Below, in pieces: positions 37,980 to 47,876 of a DNA stretch of 64,000 bases. The notes beneath the pieces were generated by a model. That model saw only the letters and a program-made list of their open reading frames with translations. It made no database searches and had not been told where the DNA came from. The translations under genes were made by a program, and so were the position numbers. The stretch comes from an uncultured bacterium (lineage in GTDB: Bacteria; Planctomycetota; UBA1135; GCA-002686595). The number at the start of each line of letters is the position of its first letter. The first letter of the stretch is position 1. The stretch lies in NCBI GenBank assembly GCA_943787795.1, contig CALSNU010000007.1, forward strand, positions 32,001 through 96,000. Reading direction: 5' to 3'.

Positions 37980-38531
37980 ATGACGCTCCATCCAGCTCTT
38001 CAACTCCAAAGCGGCGCAGCCCTCACGGCGCCCCTCGCGCCCTCCGTAGGGCCTGATCTCGGCTGGCTCTTCGCCATGGTCGCGGTCTTCGTGGTCACGA
38101 TCGCTGGCCTCGCCCTTCTCTTCCGCAAGGTGGTGGGTGGTTCCCTCAAGGCTCGAGCGAGCAAGCGGGATATGCACGTCCTCGACGTGCTCCCGCTGGG
38201 GAACAAGCGGCAGCTCGCTGTGGTGCGCTGCTACGACCGGACCTTCGCGCTCGGGCTCGGGGAGCGGAGCGTCGACCTGGTCGCAGAGCTCGACTCGCAG
38301 GCCATCGACCATGACCAAACCCAGCAAGCTGCGGGGATTGAAGCGCCCTTCATGAATCGCCTGGAGGAGGCCAAGTCCAGGCTCCTCGGGATTCAGGAGC
38401 TCGCGCCGCAGCCCGCTACGGACCGGACCGGGGGCGCCGATCCTCGGCGCTCGTCGTCCGCGAGCGCTCCGCAGGTTGCCCCGACCGAGGTCGCCCCGTC
38501 CGGCGGCGCGACCAGGGAGTTCATCGCATGA
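37980..38531 (+). CDS. fliO: Flagellar biosynthesis protein FliO/FliZ
   Basis: One TM then HVLDVLPLGNKRQLAVVRC...LGLGE; precedes fliP. Confidence 0.85.
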   Translation: MTLHPALQLQSGAALTAPLAPSVGPDLGWLFAMVAVFVVTIAGLALLFRKVVGGSLKARASKRDMHVLDVLPLGNKRQLAVVRCYDRTFALGLGERSVDLVAELDSQAIDHDQTQQAAGIEAPFMNRLEEAKSRLLGIQELAPQPATDRTGGADPRRSSSASAPQVAPTEVAPSGGATREFIA

Positions 38532-39454
38532 AGTGGGCGGCCTCGCTCCTGACGGTGGTCCTGGCCATGGGGGCCGGCGCTCTGCCGGCGCTCTCGGCGT
38601 CCCCTGCGGTCTCGATCGCTCCGGCCACGGCCCAGGCGGACCTCGAGGACCAGAGCAGCGTCGGACCGACGGAGCTGGCGCCCAATGAGTCTGCCGAGAT
38701 CGCTGGCGCGGTCCAGGAGGAGGTCCCGACGGTCAGCCAGGAGGAGGGTCGGCTCTCCTCTGCGGTGGAGATCGCCCTCCTCCTCACGGTCCTCAGCCTC
38801 CTGCCGGCGATCCTGATCACGCTCACGAGCTTCACCCGCATCGTGATCGTCCTCTCATTTGTCCGGCGAGCCCTCTCACTCAACGAGCTCCCGCCCAACC
38901 CCGTCATCATCGGCCTGGCGCTCTTCCTCACGATGTTCGTGATGGCACCGGTAGGCTCGGACCTCTACGGGAACGCCTGGAAGCCGTACGAGAAGGGAGA
39001 GATCCAGATCGAAGAGTGCGCGGACCGGGCCTGGGGCAGCCTCAGCGGCTTCCTGGTCGCCAACACCCGACAGAAGGAGCTCGCGCTCTTCGCCGAGATC
39101 GCCGGGAACGACGAGGCGGTGACGTTTGCCTTCTCTGGCACCCTGGACGCAGATGAGGCGCAGGACCTCGCCGCGCCCCAGATGAAAGCCGAGGACCTGC
39201 CCATCACGGTGGTGATCCCAGCCTTCATCCTCAGCGAGTTGAAGACGGCGTTCCAGATGGGCTTCCTGCTCTTCCTGCCGTTCCTCGTGATCGACCTCGT
39301 GGTGGCGAGCGTGCTGCTCTCCATGGGCATGTTCATGCTCCCTCCGGTCATGATCTCGACGCCGATCAAGGTGCTCCTGTTCGTCCTCGTGGACGGTTGG
39401 CGCCTGGTCACCGCCTCAATCGTCACCTCCTTTGCCACCGTCGCTGGCGGCTGA
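38528..39454 (+). CDS. fliP: Export gate FliP
   Basis: TSFTRIVIVL, PPNPVIIGLALFLT, PAFILSELKTAFQMG, DGW. Confidence 0.97.
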   Translation: MKWAASLLTVVLAMGAGALPALSASPAVSIAPATAQADLEDQSSVGPTELAPNESAEIAGAVQEEVPTVSQEEGRLSSAVEIALLLTVLSLLPAILITLTSFTRIVIVLSFVRRALSLNELPPNPVIIGLALFLTMFVMAPVGSDLYGNAWKPYEKGEIQIEECADRAWGSLSGFLVANTRQKELALFAEIAGNDEAVTFAFSGTLDADEAQDLAAPQMKAEDLPITVVIPAFILSELKTAFQMGFLLFLPFLVIDLVVASVLLSMGMFMLPPVMISTPIKVLLFVLVDGWRLVTASIVTSFATVAGG

Positions 39455-39457
39455 TCG

Positions 39458-39733
39458 ATGGCGCTCGATACCTACATCGTTGACCTCGCTCGCGAGCTGA
39501 TCTTCGTCGTGCTGGTCGTCTCCGGCCCGATCATGGGCGTCGGCCTCGTCGTCGGCGTGGCGGTCAGCCTCTTCCAGGCGCTCACGTCGGTCCAGGAGCA
39601 GACGCTCTCCATGGTGCCGAAGATGCTCGCGGTGATGGGGGCCACGCTCCTCATCCTGGCGCCCGCCCTGCAGTACCTCGGGAGCTACACCGCCGGTGTC
39701 CTCGAAAGGCTCACGGACTTCGGACTTCAGTGA
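39458..39733 (+). CDS. fliQ: Export gate FliQ
   Basis: VSLFQALTSVQEQTLSMVPK. Confidence 0.97.
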   Translation: MALDTYIVDLARELIFVVLVVSGPIMGVGLVVGVAVSLFQALTSVQEQTLSMVPKMLAVMGATLLILAPALQYLGSYTAGVLERLTDFGLQ

Positions 39734-40548
39734 TGCTCCCGATCGCGACACAGCTTGGGCCCAACGGCCTCGTCGAAGCGCTCTTCATGCCGGGCATGCT
39801 TGAGAGCATCGGCCTGTTCATGACGCGTACCGGCGCGCTGCTGCTGCTGACCCCGCTCATCGGGTCTGGCGCCTCGTTCCAGGGCTACAAGATCGCCCTC
39901 GTCGTCTCGGTGAGCGCGGCCATGTTCCTGGCTCAGGGGCTCCCGCCCGTCATCGTCACCTCACCTGTGGAGCTCGCCCTCCACATCGGACGCGAGATGA
40001 CGCTCGGCTTCGCCTTGGCCTTCGTCCTCCACCTCGTCCTGATGGCGATGCGGGTGGGCTCCGAGCTGATCGGGAACGAGATGGCCTTCAACATGGCGAA
40101 CTCTGTCGACCCGAGCACCGGTGAGTCGATGCCGGTCCTCTCGAGGATGAACGAGTCGCTGTTCTTCCTGGCGCTGCTCTCCGTTGATGGTCACCACTGG
40201 GTCATCCGGGCCCTCGCTGAGTCCTTCGACCGGGCGCCGATCGGCTCTCTGTCGGTGGGCCCGGATCTCCCGCACATGATCGCGACGTTCTTCTCGCAGA
40301 TGTTCTCTGCGGGGATCGCCTTCGCTGCGCCCATCCTGGCGCTGCTCATGATGGTGTCCCTGACCATCGGGCTCATCGCCCGAGCGGTCCCGCAGGTCAA
40401 CATCATGGACCTCGGCTTCAGCCTCCGCGTCGGCGGCGGCTTGATGGCCATCGGACTCCTCAGCCCGACTCTCGCACCGGCGATGCACTCGCTGCTCGAG
40501 CACTTCATGACGGGCCTCGAGGCTGGACTCGACGCGATGGAGGTCTGA
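39733..40548 (+). CDS. fliR: Export gate FliR
   Basis: Multi-TM; DGHHWVIRAL..SF..AP, ARAVPQVNI. Confidence 0.95.
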   Translation: MLPIATQLGPNGLVEALFMPGMLESIGLFMTRTGALLLLTPLIGSGASFQGYKIALVVSVSAAMFLAQGLPPVIVTSPVELALHIGREMTLGFALAFVLHLVLMAMRVGSELIGNEMAFNMANSVDPSTGESMPVLSRMNESLFFLALLSVDGHHWVIRALAESFDRAPIGSLSVGPDLPHMIATFFSQMFSAGIAFAAPILALLMMVSLTIGLIARAVPQVNIMDLGFSLRVGGGLMAIGLLSPTLAPAMHSLLEHFMTGLEAGLDAMEV

Positions 40549-40549
40549 G

Positions 40550-41629
40550 ATGGCGGACGAGGACAAGGACTCGAAGACAGAGGAGGCGACGCCTCGCAAG
40601 CTCGAGGAGGCGCGCGCCGATGGGCAGGTGGCCATGTCGACCGAGTTCGTGGCGGGCATCATGCTGGCCGCCACGGCGATCTCGATCATGACCATGGGGT
40701 CTGGCCTGACTGAGGCGGCGGGGGGCTTGATCGTGGACGGCTCGCAGGAGGCCTCGCGGCTCGCGATGCAGGAGCTCGTCGTGGGCGACTTCACCGGGCT
40801 GCTCCGTCGAGCGGGCAACTCGGTCTTCGGCCCGCTGACGCTCCTGGTGGGCCCTGTCCTCCTGGTCGGTCTGCTGGTGGGCTACGGGCAGATTGGCCTC
40901 CAGCTCTCGCCGAAGGCCGTCTCCGTCAAGGTCGAGAAGCTCAACCCGATCAGCGGCTTCCAGAAGGTCCTCGGGCCCCGCGGCTTCATGCGCACCGGCC
41001 TGGGGGTCCTGAAGATCTCCTGCATTGCAGCGGCGGTGGCGACGGTCTGCTGGATGGAGATCCCGGCGGTGTCCTCGGTCGCGGGGACAGATGTTCAGAC
41101 CTGCCTGGTCGCCATCGGGCGGCTCCTGCTCCGCACGACAGCGGCGGGGCTGCTGGTCATCATCGCGATCTCGCTCATCGACCTCATCTACCAGCGCCTC
41201 CAGTTCGCCAAGGACCAACGGATGTCGAAGAAGGAGATCCGTGACGAGCACAAGAACGCCGAGGGTGACCCGCACGTTCGCGCACGCATTCGTCAGATCC
41301 AGCGCGAGATGGCCATGAGCCGGATGATGGACGATGTCCCTGACGCCACGGTCGTGATCACCAACCCGACCCATTACGCGGTCGCGCTCCGTTACGTGGA
41401 TGGCACCGACGCCGCACCGACGGTGCTGGCGAAGGGCCTCGACGAGGTCGCGCTTCGGATCCGCGCCATCGCGGCGGAGAACGACGTCCTCGTCGTGGAG
41501 GAGCCGCCGCTCGCGCGGGCTCTGCATCGCTCCTGCGATGTAGGGGACGCGGTCCCGGAGGACCTCTTCGAGGCCGTCGCCAAGGTCCTCGCCTACGTCT
41601 ACCGGGCTCAGGGAGCAGCCGCCGCCTGA
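40550..41629 (+). CDS. flhB: Export switch FlhB
   Basis: KTEEATPRKL, EGDPH, autocleavage motif TNPTHYAVAL, PLARAL. Confidence 0.97.
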   Translation: MADEDKDSKTEEATPRKLEEARADGQVAMSTEFVAGIMLAATAISIMTMGSGLTEAAGGLIVDGSQEASRLAMQELVVGDFTGLLRRAGNSVFGPLTLLVGPVLLVGLLVGYGQIGLQLSPKAVSVKVEKLNPISGFQKVLGPRGFMRTGLGVLKISCIAAAVATVCWMEIPAVSSVAGTDVQTCLVAIGRLLLRTTAAGLLVIIAISLIDLIYQRLQFAKDQRMSKKEIRDEHKNAEGDPHVRARIRQIQREMAMSRMMDDVPDATVVITNPTHYAVALRYVDGTDAAPTVLAKGLDEVALRIRAIAAENDVLVVEEPPLARALHRSCDVGDAVPEDLFEAVAKVLAYVYRAQGAAAA

Positions 41630-41640
41630 TCTGAACCGCC

Positions 41641-43749
41641 ATGGCTAGCACGATCAACAACGCGAGCGGAGGCTCCGACCGCCTTAAGCGGATGACCGAC
41701 TGGATGCTCGGCTTCGGAGTCCTCGGGCTCCTGCTGACGCTCGTCGCCCCTCTGCCTCCGGTGGCCCTCGACCTGCTGCTGGCGCTCAACCTGTCCTCGG
41801 CGATCCTGATCCTGATGGCGACGATGCACGTGCAGGAGTCCACAGAGCTCTCCACGTTCCCGACCATCCTGCTCTTCGCCACGCTCTTTCGGCTGGGCCT
41901 CAACGTCGCTAGTACGCGACTGATCCTCTCCGGGGGCGAGGCGGGGAACGTCATCAAGTCGTTCGGTGAGTATGTCACCGGTGACAACCTCGGCGTGGGT
42001 CTCGTGGTCTTCCTCGTGCTCATCGTGATCCAGTTCGTGGTCATCACGAAGGGCTCCGGCCGGGTCAGCGAGGTGGCCGCACGCTTCGTCCTGGACGCGA
42101 TGCCGGGCAAGCAGATGGCGATCGACGCCGACCTCAACGGCGGCCTGATCGACTCGGATGAGGCGCGCTCTCGGCGAGAGAAGGTCTCGCGCGAGGCGGA
42201 GTTCTACGGGGCCATGGACGGTGCCTCGAAGTTCGTCCGAGGTGATGCGATCGCGGGCCTCGTGATCACGGCGCTGAACCTGGTGGGCGGGATCGTGATC
42301 GGAGCTTCCGGCGGCGCATCCTTCGGAGAGGCCGTGGACCGCTATTCGATGCTGACCATCGGTGACGGCCTCGTGAGCCAGATCCCCGCGCTGCTGATCT
42401 CCACGGCGGCAGGCGTGTTGGTCACCAAGGACTCCAGCGACGTGGGCCTCGGCCCGAACCTCGCGCGCCAGCTCGGCCAACGACCCAAGGCGACGCTCAT
42501 CGCGGCGGCGACGATCTTCGCGATCGGGTTGCTCCCCGGGATGCCCTCGCTGCCCTTCTTCGTCCTCGCCACCGCGCTGCTGCTCATGTGGCGCGGCGGA
42601 CTCGCCACGGCCAAGGCCGAGGAAGAGGTTCAGGAGCAGGAGGAGCGGGAGCGCGAGGATCAGGCGGCCCAGGAGACCGCGGACGCAGACGACGGCGTCG
42701 CGGACCTGCTGAAGGTCGATCGGGCGAGCCTCGAGATCGGCTACCAGCTGATCCCGCTCGTTCAGGACGCCTCGGGTGCGGGGATCCTGGACCACATCGC
42801 TCAGCTCAGGCGCCGCTTCGCGCTGAAGGACGGCGTCGTCCTGCCGCCGGTGCGCATCCGCGACAACATCAAGCTCGGGCCCAAGGCCTATCGCGTCCTC
42901 CTGGGCGGCCAGGAGGTCGCGGCGGGGGAGATCGAACCCTCGAAGCACCTGGCGATGGACCCCGGGACGGCCACGTCAAAGATCACCGGCAAGGCGACGG
43001 TGGACCCGGCCTTCGGGCTCCCGGCGGTCTGGATCGAGGACTCGCGCCGCGATGAGGCCGAGATCCTCGGCTACACGGTCATTGACCCGACGAGCGTCCT
43101 CGTGACTCACCTCGCGGAGATCCTGCGGAGCTCGCTCGATGAGCTCCTCACCCGTGACGACGTCAAGGAGCTGATCGAGAACGCGAAGGCCGTGGCGCCT
43201 GCCGTGGTCGAGGAGCTCATGCCCGAGCGCCTCACCGTGGGGGAGGTCCAGCAGGTCCTCCGGAACCTCCTGATGGAGGGCATCCCTGTCCGGAACATGC
43301 CCGCGATCCTGGAGACGCTGGCGGACAACGCTGCCCGGACGCGGGATGTCGAGACCCTGACGGAGCTCGCCCGGCAACGTCTCGGGAGGGCGCTCTGCGA
43401 GCAGTTCGGGGATGAGGCCGGTGTGATCCACGCCGTCACGCTCGACCCCGCGATCGAGGCGCGCCTGGCGGCGGCGGTCGGGCGGAACAACGACCCGGAC
43501 GCCGAGGCCGTGGGGCCCGCCTTCCTGACCGAGCTCGTCGAGCTCATCGGGCATGCGATCGCGGAGGGAACGGCCTCAGGCGATGACGTGGTGCTGTTGG
43601 TTCGCTCCAACGTCCGCCGCTTCCTCTCCGAGCTCGTCCGAGCCTCGCTCCCCAAGGTCTCTGTCCTCTCATTCAACGAGGTCGTCACCGCCAAGGCGGT
43701 CGAGACGGTCTCTGTCGTCCGCACGCCCAACCGCAGCGCCGCTGCCTGA
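41641..43749 (+). CDS. flhA: Export gate FlhA
   Basis: FRLGLNVASTRLIL, RVSEVAARFVLDAMPGKQMAIDADL, FYGAMDGASKFVRGD. Confidence 0.98.
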   Translation: MASTINNASGGSDRLKRMTDWMLGFGVLGLLLTLVAPLPPVALDLLLALNLSSAILILMATMHVQESTELSTFPTILLFATLFRLGLNVASTRLILSGGEAGNVIKSFGEYVTGDNLGVGLVVFLVLIVIQFVVITKGSGRVSEVAARFVLDAMPGKQMAIDADLNGGLIDSDEARSRREKVSREAEFYGAMDGASKFVRGDAIAGLVITALNLVGGIVIGASGGASFGEAVDRYSMLTIGDGLVSQIPALLISTAAGVLVTKDSSDVGLGPNLARQLGQRPKATLIAAATIFAIGLLPGMPSLPFFVLATALLLMWRGGLATAKAEEEVQEQEEREREDQAAQETADADDGVADLLKVDRASLEIGYQLIPLVQDASGAGILDHIAQLRRRFALKDGVVLPPVRIRDNIKLGPKAYRVLLGGQEVAAGEIEPSKHLAMDPGTATSKITGKATVDPAFGLPAVWIEDSRRDEAEILGYTVIDPTSVLVTHLAEILRSSLDELLTRDDVKELIENAKAVAPAVVEELMPERLTVGEVQQVLRNLLMEGIPVRNMPAILETLADNAARTRDVETLTELARQRLGRALCEQFGDEAGVIHAVTLDPAIEARLAAAVGRNNDPDAEAVGPAFLTELVELIGHAIAEGTASGDDVVLLVRSNVRRFLSELVRASLPKVSVLSFNEVVTAKAVETVSVVRTPNRSAAA

Positions 43750-43776
43750 TCGAATCCCAACCCCGACGAGTCATTG

Positions 43777-44865
43777 ATGGAACCCACCAGCCAACACAGC
43801 GCGACACCGCGCCCGGAGACAGCGCCTCGCAAGGCCGGGGGCGAGCTCCGGCTCGTCAGAGGAAGGACCATGCGGGACGCCTTGCTCGCCGCCCGGCGAG
43901 ACCTCGGCGCGCGCGCGGTCGTCGTGGATCAACGCACGGAGCCCGGCGGCGTCTCCCTGGTCGTCTCGGATACGGTCCCCAGGAGCACCCAGATCCTCGG
44001 TGCCATGCGTGAGTCGGCGGCGCGGATGCTCGCACCGGGAGCGGAGCCGGTCTCGACGCCTGAGCCGCCCCCCGCGCGTCGGCGGACGCCCCTCGCGGAT
44101 GTCGAGCGGCGCCTCCGTGAGCACGGGGGCAGCCCCGAGCTCCGGGAGAGCGTCCTCGAAGGCGTGGTGGGGCTGGAGTCTGATGACTCGCACCCCCTCG
44201 ATCTCGCTGCCAAGGTGGTGAGCGAGCAATTCTCGGTGGCCTCGCTGCCCGTTGTGGCCGGTCAGACGGCGGTCGTGGCGCTCATCGGGCAGTCGGGGAC
44301 GGGAAAGACGACCACCATCGCGAAGCTCGCGGGTCGCATGGTTCGGGCCGGCCGAAGGGTCGTCCTCGCGACCCTCGACAGCGGCCGGCTCGGCGTGGAG
44401 GCGCAGATGCGTGCCTTCGGCGCCGAGCTGCGCGTCGCGACCATCTCGCTGGACGATCCGGTGCGTATCGCGGCCGAGCTGGGGCGGGTCCCTGGCCGGG
44501 TGGACGTGCTGCTGATCGACGGAAGTGGGGACGAGCGCCGGGATATCGCCGCGCTCAAGGCGTTCGAGGATCACTGCCGAGCGGCAGGCGCGAGGGCGCA
44601 GTTCTCGACGCTCCTTGTCCTGGCGGCGACCGCGTCGGAGGACGCCATTCGGTCGTCCATCGCGGCCGCGGAGGCGGTCGGTCCCGTGGGCACGGTCATC
44701 ACCAAGATTGACGAGACGGACCGCCCCCTGCCCGCCCTCGAGCAGGCCAGGGACGCCGGCCTCGGGCTCGCCTTCCTGACCAACGGACCGGACCTGGAGA
44801 AGCACTTCCACCGGGCCCGCCCGGAGCGTATTGCGGACGTGGCCCTGCTCGGGAGGATCGCATGA
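43777..44865 (+). CDS. flhF: SRP-type GTPase FlhF (divergent)
   Basis: B-domain remnant, GQSGTGKTTTIAKLA, LLIDGSG, TKIDE, TNG. Confidence 0.88.
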   Translation: MEPTSQHSATPRPETAPRKAGGELRLVRGRTMRDALLAARRDLGARAVVVDQRTEPGGVSLVVSDTVPRSTQILGAMRESAARMLAPGAEPVSTPEPPPARRRTPLADVERRLREHGGSPELRESVLEGVVGLESDDSHPLDLAAKVVSEQFSVASLPVVAGQTAVVALIGQSGTGKTTTIAKLAGRMVRAGRRVVLATLDSGRLGVEAQMRAFGAELRVATISLDDPVRIAAELGRVPGRVDVLLIDGSGDERRDIAALKAFEDHCRAAGARAQFSTLLVLAATASEDAIRSSIAAAEAVGPVGTVITKIDETDRPLPALEQARDAGLGLAFLTNGPDLEKHFHRARPERIADVALLGRIA

Positions 44866-45680
44866 GCAGCGTCATCGAGACGCCGTTTGTCCTCGTGACG
44901 GGCGGCAAGGGCGGCGTGGGCAAGACCACCGTCGCTGCGAACCTGGGCGTCGAGATGGCCGGCGCGGGAAAGCGTGTGCTCATCGTTGACCTCGACCTTG
45001 GCCTCGCGAACCTCAATGTGCTTCTCGGCCTCGACGCGCCCCGCACGATCGAGGACGCGCTCTCTGGCATCGCCGAAGCGGCCGACTGTGTTGTCGAGGG
45101 CCCGGGGGGCGTTCACGTGCTGGCGGCCAGCTCCGGGACCGAGAGGATGGGGCGGCTGACAGAGGACCACCGCGAGCGGATCGTCGAGCTCATCGCGCAG
45201 GTCGCGGCCGACTACGACGTCGTGATCGGCGACAGCGCCGCTGGGATCGGACCGGACGTCATGGACTTCGCGTCCATCGCGGACCGGGTCCTCGTCGTGA
45301 CCACCCCGGAGCTCGCAGCGCTCACGGACGCCTACGGGCTGATCAAGGCCCTCGACCAGTTCGGATCCAGGACCGAGGGGGACATCCCGACCCCCGAGAT
45401 CGTGGTGAATCACGCCAGCGGCGTGGAGGAGGGGGAGGCCGTGGCGAGGAAGCTCAAGGCCATCTGCGAGCGGTTCCTGGCTCGCTCACCCCGCCAGGCG
45501 GGCTGGCTGCCGCGCTCGACGGCTGTCGCGCGTAGCGCGGACCAGCAGGAGCCCTTCGTCATGCGGCCGCGTAAGGCCCTGGAGCACCTCTGCCTGCGCC
45601 AGATCGCGTCTCGGCTCCAGCGCCTCGTCCCCACGTCGGGGGGCTCGCGTGAGGTCCTCGCAGTAGGAAAAAACTTCTAA
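44862..45680 (+). CDS. flhG: MinD-like ATPase FlhG/FleN
   Basis: GGKGGVGKT, DLDLGLAN, DSAAGIG, VTTPE..ALTDAYGLIK. Confidence 0.92.
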   Translation: MSSVIETPFVLVTGGKGGVGKTTVAANLGVEMAGAGKRVLIVDLDLGLANLNVLLGLDAPRTIEDALSGIAEAADCVVEGPGGVHVLAASSGTERMGRLTEDHRERIVELIAQVAADYDVVIGDSAAGIGPDVMDFASIADRVLVVTTPELAALTDAYGLIKALDQFGSRTEGDIPTPEIVVNHASGVEEGEAVARKLKAICERFLARSPRQAGWLPRSTAVARSADQQEPFVMRPRKALEHLCLRQIASRLQRLVPTSGGSREVLAVGKNF

Positions 45681-45691
45681 GGGTCCTTGGG

Positions 45692-45970
45692 ATGAAGGTC
45701 GATAGCGCAGATAGCTCGAGGGATCTGGTCCACACCTGGACCGCGTCTGGCCGCGTCTTTGCGGTGACGGTTGGATCTCTCGTGGCGCTCATCTCCCTCA
45801 TGGTCAACGCCCCCATCCTCGTCGCCTCCTATCGGGGTGCCATCGCCTTTGCGGTGGTCAGGGGCCTCACGGCGCTGGGGAGCTGGCTGCTCCCGCGGGC
45901 CCTCGGGGCCGATGAGGACGGGGTGGTGGATGAGCAGGCTGAGAAAGGTCCGGAGGCCCTCGACTCATGA
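45692..45970 (+). CDS. Small two-TM protein, positional FlgV analogue
   Basis: Two hydrophobic helices and acidic tail, between flhG and fliA; start uncertain. Confidence 0.55.
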   Translation: MKVDSADSSRDLVHTWTASGRVFAVTVGSLVALISLMVNAPILVASYRGAIAFAVVRGLTALGSWLLPRALGADEDGVVDEQAEKGPEALDS

Positions 45971-46067
45971 GTCGGGAGGTTGACCCTACCCAGCCTGGAG
46001 CTGGGCCTCGCCAGCCGGGCGGGCGGCTCTACGGCAGCGCCGTCGGGCTCCGCCAGGGAGGTGCTCT

Positions 46068-46835
46068 GTGACCGACGGCATCGAGCGCATGGAGCGCGGC
46101 TCTGACGCAGACCGCGACAAGCTGATCATGGACCACGTCCCGCTGCTCAAGCACCTCGTCGGGCGGATGTTCTTCGATGTGCCGGGGGCGGTGGAGCGCG
46201 ACGACCTCTTCGGGTTTGGAATGATCGGGCTGATCGCTGCGGCGGACAGCTGGGATCGCTCGAGGGGGGTCGCCTTCTCGACCTTCGCCTACCCCAAGAT
46301 CCGAGGCGCTATTCTCGACGAGCTACGGCGCATGGACTTCCTGCCACGTGGACGGCGAGAGCGGGTCCGTCAGGTCGAGGCGGCGATCGACCGCCTCGAG
46401 CAAGAGCGCGGCCAGAAGCCGTCGCCTGAGGAGATCGCGTCCGTGTTGGGTTGGTCAGTGGACGAGGTGGACGAGGTCTTCGTTACGGCCTCAACCGCGG
46501 TCAAGACTTCCCTCGACGGCGCCTCGGACGAGGACGGGGTCAGCGCACAGCTCGGCGCCATGTTGACCGACCCGCGTTCCGATGACCCGGTGGGCTCCGC
46601 CGAGTTCGAGGAGCTGAAGGAGGCGATGGTCCAGGCGATCACTGAACTCCCGACCCAGGAGAAGACGGTGATCACCCTCTACTACGCCGAGGAGCTCCTC
46701 CTGCGAGAGATCGCGGAGGTCCTTGGTGTCACGGAGTCGCGCGTCAGCCAGATCCACTCGCGGGCGATCTATCGCCTGAATCGGGAGCTGGAAGGCGAAG
46801 GCGGAGAACACGGCTCGACGGGGGCAGCCGCCTGA
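46068..46835 (+). CDS. fliA: Flagellar sigma factor FliA (sigma28)
   Basis: IRGAILDELRRMDFLPR, TLYYAEEL.LREIAEVLGVTESRVSQIH. Confidence 0.96.
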   Translation: MTDGIERMERGSDADRDKLIMDHVPLLKHLVGRMFFDVPGAVERDDLFGFGMIGLIAAADSWDRSRGVAFSTFAYPKIRGAILDELRRMDFLPRGRRERVRQVEAAIDRLEQERGQKPSPEEIASVLGWSVDEVDEVFVTASTAVKTSLDGASDEDGVSAQLGAMLTDPRSDDPVGSAEFEELKEAMVQAITELPTQEKTVITLYYAEELLLREIAEVLGVTESRVSQIHSRAIYRLNRELEGEGGEHGSTGAAA

Positions 46836-46863
46836 GGCCGTCGGCCCAGGCAGGGGAATCAAC

Positions 46864-47109
46864 ATGCAGGACGGCATCACTCGAATTCACAGCGCGGCCT
46901 CTCGGACGGGCCCTCGGCGCCATCAGCAGCGTCGGTCGAGTCGCGCCTTCACCCTTCCTGACGCCGAATCGAATGACGAGTCCAACGACCCGTCTGACGA
47001 CCCGCGCCAGGTGATCCTCCAACCGAGTCCGAGTCGATCTGACGAGGACCGGATCGGCACCCGGCCGCTCGCCGAAGAGGCGGGCCAGTCCCTCGATGTG
47101 AGGGCTTGA
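46864..47109 (+). CDS. Small disordered hypothetical protein with G..LD..A tail
   Basis: RBS-like GGGGA upstream; C-terminus GQSLDVRA resembles YjfB-type motility protein tails. Confidence 0.5.
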   Translation: MQDGITRIHSAASRTGPRRHQQRRSSRAFTLPDAESNDESNDPSDDPRQVILQPSPSRSDEDRIGTRPLAEEAGQSLDVRA

Positions 47110-47112
47110 ACC

Positions 47113-47337
47113 ATGTCCAGAGTCATTCTCAAGAGCCAGCAGGTCCAGAGCCACGACAGCGCCGAGAACCGCCACGCGGCGGCGATCGCGCGGGGCGCTC
47201 AGCCCGAGGTCCGCGTGCTCGAGGTCGACGGAGTCGTCCGCGGGCTCGAGGTCCGTTGCTCCTGCGGGGAGCTTGTGACCGTCGAACTCCAGGTGCCCCC
47301 GGCAACGGAGCACGGGCTCGGGGGGGGAGGCGCATGA
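47113..47337 (+). CDS. Small hypothetical protein with CxCG motif
   Basis: LEVRCSCGELVTVEL; ATGA overlap with next gene. Confidence 0.6.
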   Translation: MSRVILKSQQVQSHDSAENRHAAAIARGAQPEVRVLEVDGVVRGLEVRCSCGELVTVELQVPPATEHGLGGGGA

Positions 47338-47876
47338 GACCTCAGCTCTTCCAACGACCGTCAGGCCGCTGGTGGACCGCGCTCGCGGTCGCGCTCGCGG
47401 TGCTGGTCGTCGCACGGACCAACACGGTGGATGCGCCAGCGGATGCCATGGCCATCGGCCCGGGCGGGCCAGAGTCGAGCAGCCGGCCGGCCGCGCCCCG
47501 TGCCCCCGTCGCAGGGTTCACGCTTCCGGGCGCGCCTGACGCGGGTGACAGCACGCGCTACCTCTGGACCCTCGAGTCCGAGATCCGGGCTCTCGAGTCC
47601 GAGCTCGCCGTCGAGCGAGCCCGGGCAGAGTTGCTCCAGGAGAGCTACGGCGCGCTCGAGGAGAAGTTCCTGCTCCTGACCGCCGCCTTGCCCCTCCTCG
47701 TGGCCGATTCCGAGCGCAGCGGGCGCCCCGACGAAAGCCCCGACGAGAACCCCGACGAAAGCCCCGACGAGAACCCCGACGAGGGCTCCGACGAGGGCCC
47801 CACCGACCCGACCAACCCCTCTGTCTCCACCGGCCCCTCGCGGTCCGGTCTTTACTTCGAGAGGAATCCCCGATGA
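47334..47876 (+). CDS. Exported or membrane-anchored coiled-coil protein
   Basis: Hydrophobic N-terminus, heptad segment LESEIRALESELA, PDE(S/N) repeat tail; coupled to both neighbours. Confidence 0.6.
   Translation: MRPQLFQRPSGRWWTALAVALAVLVVARTNTVDAPADAMAIGPGGPESSSRPAAPRAPVAGFTLPGAPDAGDSTRYLWTLESEIRALESELAVERARAELLQESYGALEEKFLLLTAALPLLVADSERSGRPDESPDENPDESPDENPDEGSDEGPTDPTNPSVSTGPSRSGLYFERNPR
47727..47798. repeat. 12-bp coding tandem repeat (6 units) encoding PDE[S/N/G]
   Basis: CCCGACGAAAGC / CCCGACGAGAAC units. Confidence 0.9.

Noticed and set aside
10564..45680. Non-flagellar type III secretion system (injectisome)
   Set aside because: Flagellins, FliD, FlgBC, FliE, MotAB, FlhF and FliA identify it as flagellar; no secretin barrel, needle or translocon genes seen
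47320..47327. G8 tract as phase-variation site or hidden frameshift
   Set aside because: Flanking ORFs already show a clean ATGA overlap, and the tract runs into the RBS
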